A DNA stretch of 37,762 bases from Hydrurus foetidus (Eukaryota), in NCBI GenBank assembly GCA_900617105.1, contig UYFQ01000303.1, positions 1 to 37,762 of the forward strand. The letters run 5' to 3'. A program made the translations under genes and the position numbers. The notes below the pieces were generated by a model that was not told the origin of the DNA, ran no database searches, and worked only from the letters and a program-made list of their open reading frames with translations. Positions 31,395-37,762 of the stretch are shown here, one piece after another (the first letter of the stretch is position 1; every line of letters begins with the position of its first letter).

Positions 31395-34300
31395 ATGGCT
31401 GGAACTTTGAGTATAGAAGATTTCAGAATGGCAGCTGTAAACAGTGATGAGGAATCTCATCAAGCAAAATTTGAAGTGATAACGGAAAACTCTCTGGGCA
31501 AAAATAGGGACAGGAAATATGGTCGCCTGCTGCAAGCAGGCTTCGTCCTCTCTGTGATAACTATCATCACCGGAGTTGTCTTGCACATCATAGAATATGC
31601 GATGAGAGCTAATGCCGCCGGTAATGTCATACGAGTTTTTATTGTCCCTCAGAAGCAGTTAGGGTCTCATCAACAATGCGATGATCTTGATAGCCAACTA
31701 ATTCGTTTTCGTTCAATATGCAGGATTTCTGCCGGCTGGTAGCATGATGGGTTCGATGGAGAAGGGAGGAATGGTTCTCGTTGTCTGCGGTCTAGTTGCA
31801 TGTGCCGTATTCATGTTCTCGCTACATGATGTTGTGGCACTCAAATTGAATCCGAAACCTATAGTATTCACACAAGGTAATTGAAATCAACATGATCTGA
31901 TCCAATTTACATGGGGGGGAAAACGCTGATGTAAATACGGTTTAAACACAGCGTATTTTGAGTTGTTGCACAATGCGGATTGGACACCAGCGCACACGAA
32001 GCTATCCGCTGTGCTGACCTTGGCCATCACAGTGGACATCATGAAGCCAGCCACGATAGGATTCATCATGCCTGGCCTCTTGAGGGAATACGGTCTCACC
32101 AAAACAGCTGGAGCGCTGCTTCCTACCATCGCGATATCAGGGACGGTTCTAGGATCCATTGTGTGGGGGATACTGGCAGACAGAGTGGGTCGCAAATATT
32201 CGATACTCCTATCTACGATCCTTTTTATCGCCACTTCAATCTGTGGCGCGATGCCGTCATTCGCAACGAACGTCTTCATGTGCTGGCTGATGGGTGTTTC
32301 AGTAGGTGAGACAGGAAACCTCCTCGTATATCATCATGAATTGTCCATCTACATCTGCACCGTTGAGTACAATCGTAGTGTCGGATGCCAATCACTGTCA
32401 CTGTTACGATGTACGCAACAAAGGTGGACTGATCCCTGTAGCAGTGTCTCTGCTCAGTGAAGTGGTTCCTTCTAGAATCAGATCCAGGGTCCTCATCACT
32501 ATGTGAGTCATAATGTATAATGCTGATAAAAACAACAGTGATGCGATTCTACAACATTCAGATATCATTATGCTCTTAAGTGCGCTGCTACGATATGCAT
32601 GTGCATCAACAATACCAAAAAGAATCAATCGCCTCTTCTTCTCTTCAGGCTTGCGACTGGATCCGCCTTTGGATATTTGGCTGCAAGCGCGATGTCGTAC
32701 CTGCTTCAAACATGGTGAGGACTCACACTGACTTATGCACCTCTACCTCAATACAGCCGGACACACTTCTAACACCTTCAGCGATATCTGTAACTGATGC
32801 AGCTAATACGAGGAATCCCATTAGAGAAAAATAGAGCCTTTCAGTTTGAAAACTATCCTGTGATGTATCGTCTTTCGCACCACCACCTTCCAACCAAACT
32901 TTATTTTTTGTTTCCTTGACAATACGCTCCTCTTAAACCATTCATTCTCTGAAGGTTTTCATGGCGAGTGTTATGGTTTGTTGGCATACCCACGGGCCTG
33001 CTCATGCTCCCTCTGTGCAACAACATTCCGGAGAGCTTTCGATTCCTAGTGGTGAGTGAGTGAGAGAGTGCGTGTGTAAAAGTGGGAGGGAGAGGAGGAG
33101 CGAAAGATAGAGTAGGAGGAGGAGGAGAGAGAGGGGGGGGTAAAAGAAAGGGATGGAGAAAGAGAGAGAGAAGGAGGAGGGAGAGAGGGGGGTGAAAGAA
33201 AAAGAGAGAGAAGGAGGGAGAGAGGGAAAGCATGTCTTTCAGAATGAGAGTGTATGTGTGTGTGTTCGTGTAAGAATGAGAGGTAGACACATAGGGATGG
33301 AGAGGATGGAGGGAGGAGGGTCGGCATTTCATCTGGCATCGTTGGACACATCCCTGTCCGTCTATATTTCCACTCTTCAGTACATTTGCTGCTGCCGTGT
33401 CCCTCACCCATCTTTGACTCGAATGGTATACTCAGTCCATCACCACGAGTACTAAGTGGAGTAACTGAGAATAATGCTCAGCTTTCCTCGATCATCTTAA
33501 CATGAAGTGAGCTGAGCTGAACTGAGAGCTGAGCTGAGCTGAGCTGAGCTGAGCTGAGCTGAGCTGAGCTGAAGCTGAGCTGAGCTGAGCTGAGCTGAGC
33601 TGAGCTGAGCTGAGCTGAGCTGAGCTGAGCTGAGCTGAGCTGAGCTGAGCTGAGCTGAGCTGAGCTGAACTGAGCTGAACTGAGCTGAACTGAGCTGAAC
33701 TGAGCTGAGCTGAGCTGAGCTGAGCTGAGCTGAGCTGAGCTGAGCTGAGCTGAGCTGAGCTGAGCTGAGCTGAGCTGAGCTGAGCTGAGCTGAGCTGAGC
33801 TGAGCTGAGCTGAGCTGAGCTGAGCTGAGCTGAGCTGAGCTGAGCTGAGCTGAGCTGAGCTGAAGTGAGCTGAGCTGAGCTGAGCTGAGCTGAGCTGAGC
33901 TGAACTGAACTGAGCTGAGCTGAGCCTAGCTGAGAGATGTCATTTCAGTCAAACACAAACACTAGAAGTGCCCCTCTCACACTTACCCTCGCCCCCTTTT
34001 AAATCCCCCACACGCGCACTATCTTCTCATGTCCATCCCTCTCTACTTCAACTGCACTGCACAGCTTGCGGGTCGCAAGGAAGAAGCCCTCTTGTCCATG
34101 GAGGAATTTTTCGGCCTCAAGATCACGATGGAGCAGTTGAAGGAGTACTACCGAGAAGTGGACCCCACCCCCTCGGGGGGTAAAGGGGGGGAGCCCTGGG
34201 GTCTGCCAGGGGGACCGGGATCAGTGGGAGTGCAAGAGCAGGGTAAGTGTTTGTACTGTATAGTATTGAATTGTATTGTATTGTATTGTATTGTACTGTA

Positions 34301-37300
34301 TTGTACTGTATTGTACTGTATTGAATTGAATTGTATTGTATTGTATTGTACTGTATTGTATTGTATTGTTTATGTAGATGTCCGTGTGTGTGTCTCTCTC
34401 TGTAGCAGGACATTTTTTTCCTGCATTGAAGCCTAATTGATGCGTTGAGGGAGAGGTGATGCCTGTTTGTACGGTGCATGGACTCATACGTGTATTCAGG
34501 TGCACACTCGCACATCCTTCATTTTCTCACCAACAATAGTTCCGCGACACTTAATCCCAATTATGCTTCTTTTAAACGGCCTCTCCAATTTTTCAATTCA
34601 TTTGCCGCGATAGTGCTGACCGACTCGAAATGATCTCTCTCACTCACTCACTCATTGCCATCGAGTCCATAATATTCTTAAACTGCTGGCGCTTCTCACA
34701 TCCCACTCCTACTCTGGTCTAATGTACCCAATATTACGGAATCTAGGTCCAGAGTCCGAGAGGAGTCCGACCCCCGACCCCTCTAACGCAGGTGCGAATA
34801 ACAGATAGATATCGTGCATCACGCCACAACCGAGACTCCCTCCCTCCCTCCCTCCCTTCCTTCCTTACTCTCGATGTGAAGTGCTTTGTTTTGTACGTGA
34901 TATGCTTCGTCAAGCGCTTTGCCAACAACACAGAATGTATCCATCACGCGATTTACAGGACTTCCTTTCTTACAATTTCTGAAGAACTTCTGTCTGTCTA
35001 TTCCCGATGAACCGCTTCACTTCTGCGTCTTCCACGGCGCTGCATTGATTGTCAACCACTCTACCCACATCACGTCACCCCTCCTCACTTCTGTACCCCA
35101 CTCTCCTCCTCTCTCATCGACTCTCATCTCTTCTCTCCTTTTCTTTTCTCCCACCTTCTCATTCCCTCTCTTTTATTCTCCCCGCTACTCTACTCTCTCT
35201 TTGCATCTCCTCAGTACCATCTCTATTTTCTTTTCTGCTCCATCAGGAGTGAGCGTAACCACGACTCTGTCTCTAGGCGCTCTAGCGATTGCCTGGGGGT
35301 TCTGTAACTACGGCTTCATAACGTACATACCCACCATGCTCACAGAAACGAGTGAGTCAGATTCTTTTGTCATGTTCAATCAGTGGAGATACGTGGGAGT
35401 GTATGATATGATTTGAAATGGCGTATGTCACGGTCAGCGGTACATGAGAGTCGCTGAGAAGAAGTCTCGATTCCGATCACCTGAACATTTTCTAAGCCGC
35501 AATCGCATCTATTTGATCAGAATCCGCCAATCCTCTTCATATAGCAATGCATAGTATTGCGGTGCCATGCAACCCACACAACAACTAAATGAACCTTTCA
35601 CCAATTCCAAAAGCAATTCCTCGCTCTGTTCGAGCATCCCTGCGAACCAACTCTTCGAATTGCCCCACCCTCCTCTTGTCATCTCCAGTATCCTCAATTT
35701 CCCACATTACAGCTTATCTTTAATTTTATCTTCATCTCTGTCACCCCATTATCTTATGAGCCAAACCTAATCGACCCTCGTTTTGACCTCGTTCCTATTA
35801 TGTGATATGTTTCTTAACGTTACATTTGTTTTCTGTCGTACTTACTCGTTTTTTTTATCGTTTTTTATTGTTTTCCAGAGAAATTTCTCCCGCAGCAGAT
35901 TAGCCGTTTGATATTCTACAGCTCGGCCTCTTCCTGCGCGTTCGTTCCGCTGTACATCTACATGTACGGATACTGGTCCACCAGGTGACGCAACAAAATA
36001 TATTACAACATGACACAACATGGCATGACATAACAGAACATGATACAACGCAGCACAACATGACACAACCAAATACGAGACGACACATTATGATACGAGA
36101 GAAGACAACAGTACACAACACAAAATAACACACATACTGCAGCTCCGTAAGACAGACACTGCTTCTTCCTTCCTTTGTCAATTCTGATACGATGTATCGG
36201 TATTGGACGATCACCTTTACGCACAGTGATCCGATCCTATCCTAATCGATCGGATCCGATCCGGTGCCACCCTCATCGATTGCCTTTTGAAAGCTGACTT
36301 AACGAAATATTCGAGCGTAAGACTTCACTGTCATCAGATAGAAGCGACCTTCGAGTTCATCAGGGCATGATACCTGCAAGCACCTTCATCCCCTACACCG
36401 TTACCCGTCATCCTGCTTCTTCATCATTGTGTCTATTTCTTTCTCTTTCTTTTATCATCTTTCTCTCTCTGTTACAGTATTACACTCCTTCCCCACCTGT
36501 GCCTCCCCCAATATCTTCGCCCTATTCCCTTCCCCTCCCACCCCCCCCCTTCTCTCCTCCTCCCCTCTCTCCCCCCCATTCTTCACCACCCTCGCTCCCC
36601 ACTTCAGCCCCATGTATTCCTAATTAACCTCCACTCCATTTCCCTGCATCGCTTCTCTGAAAATTACTTCCACTCACTACGTCATTTTGATCTCCACCCA
36701 CCTCGTCACGAACGCATCTACTCTCACTCATCTTCATCCCCATCCGCTAATGACTCTCATTCTTCCTCTTCCTCTTTCTTTTTGTTCAGATGGGCGACAG
36801 CATTTGTTGCTTGGTGGGAGGTGTGCATGTTTATCATATTCGCTTTTGCTAGCAACTCCATCCTAACCGATCCCGTCAACTTCTGCGTGTGGTACGTACG
36901 TGCTCATTGAACGCATGCCCATTCTGGTGGTGCTTCAGACGCTGTCAAATGAATGCGATTAATAAAAAGACTTCTTGATGCTTCTACTCCTTCTCTTCCT
37001 CCTTTTCTTCCCTTTCTGTGTGCACTGATTGACTTGCACGTAAAGTTAGCAATGTACCAAGCAACTCATCTAACCAGTGCACCAACTCCCCTTACACACG
37101 ATCACGATTAGGTACGTGTTTCTCCTAGCTCCTCACAATGCCATAGTAGCGATGATCACCGTCTACTCCGCTGAGTGTTTTGCCACTAGAACGAGGGGGA
37201 GGGGGACCGGCATAGTGGCAGCTGCGACCAAAGTGGCAGGAGTGGCCGCACCGTACTTTATAACCAGCATCCTCTCTTACGGGTTAAGGTGGCAGATGTC

Positions 37301-37307
37301 TCTTGTG
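31395..37307 (+). CDS. MFS transporter (SV2/aromatic-acid-like, with 2 extra N-terminal TMs); at least 12 exons, 3' end beyond the window
   Basis: Phase-consistent exons 31395-31620, 31724-31876, 31952-32305, 32424-32502, 32649-32714, 32955-33051, 34065-34242, 34747-34791, 35247-35351, 35879-35984, 36790-36891 and 37112-37307. MFS motif A (GILADRVGRK), SEVVPSRIRS, IPESFRFL and AECFATRTRGRGTG are present. Confidence 0.9.
33503..33934. repeat. (TGAGC)n pentanucleotide satellite, ~85 units with TGAAC/TGAAG variants, in MFS intron 6
   Basis: Seen directly. Confidence 0.97.
34252..34368. repeat. (TATTG/TACTG)n pentamer repeat just after an MFS splice donor
   Basis: Seen directly; it accounts for the spurious IVLYC/NTIQY ORFs. 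Confidence 0.92.
36004..36130. repeat. Degenerate (ACAAC/ACATG)n pentamer repeat in an MFS intron
   Basis: Seen directly, just downstream of the donor at 35985. Confidence 0.7.
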
Positions 37308-37440
37308 GTGAGTAAGGAAGAGAAGAGAGGAGAAGAGAGGAGAAGAGAAGATATTTTAGATGTGTTGGGGACGCCGCACTACATCTACAATGCACCTTTG
37401 TATCTTTGCTGTGATAGGTACAGTGGCAGCGTCGCAGTCA

Positions 37441-37762
37441 CCTCTCTCTTTCTCCTCCTCTCTCTTTCTTCTCCTCTCTCTTTCTCCTCCTCTCTCTTTC
37501 TTCTCCTCTCTCTTTCTTCTCCTCTCTCTTTCTCCTCCTCTCTCTTTCTTCTCCTCTCTCTTTCTTCTCCTCTCTCTTTCTTCTCCTCTCTCTTTCTTCT
37601 CCTCTCTCTTTCTCCTCCTCTCCCCTTCTCTCTTTCTCCTCCTCTCTCTTTCTTCTCCTCTCTCTTTCTTCTCCTCTCTCTTTCTTCTCCTCTCTCTTTC
37701 TTCTCCTCTCTCTTTCTCCTCCTCTCTCTTTCTCCTCCTCTCTCTTTCTTCTCCTCTCTCTT
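37441..37762. repeat. Pure-pyrimidine minisatellite (CTCCTCTCTCTTT-based units) in the last visible MFS intron
   Basis: More than 320 nt of C/T only, in recurring ~15-17 bp units; runs off the window. Confidence 0.95.

Noticed and set aside
33503..33934. Telomeric repeat or interstitial telomere
   Set aside because: TGAGC lacks the G-run of known telomere motifs and lies inside an intron between in-phase exons.
32901..36627. Pro/Ser-rich, IVLYC- and NTIQY-repeat ORFs
   Set aside because: Translations of intronic simple repeats within the MFS gene.
1..37762. tRNA, rRNA or snRNA genes
   Set aside because: The GTTCGA-type hits I inspected lack cloverleaf context and no rRNA-like sequence was recognised. 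A covariance-model search would be needed to exclude small RNAs.

Overview
Eukaryotic nuclear DNA with short GT-AG spliceosomal introns and the standard code. The gene and transposon styles suggest a stramenopile, possibly chrysophyte-like; this is inference. Positions 1-7836 are an LTR-retrotransposon cluster, all on the minus strand. A decayed Ty3/gypsy-like element (A) is inserted into the pol region of a related element (B). Next to them is an internally deleted Ty1/copia element with near-identical LTRs and a GTTGG target-site duplication. The rest is gene-dense: a U2B''/U1A-type snRNP protein, a multi-exon hypothetical gene, a perfect 148-bp tandem array, cytosolic-type SHMT, a 1.8-kaa intronless orphan ORF, a small secreted-type ORF, an EamA/DMT transporter, a MANF/ARMET homologue and DNAJC21/Jjj1. 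The last gene is an MFS transporter with at least 12 exons. It looks bacterial at protein level and its introns are swollen with simple repeats. I found no clearly new multi-gene system. The best leads are the probable intron-colonised bacterial MFS gene, the protist MANF, the 103+45 bp array and the unusual gypsy lineage.
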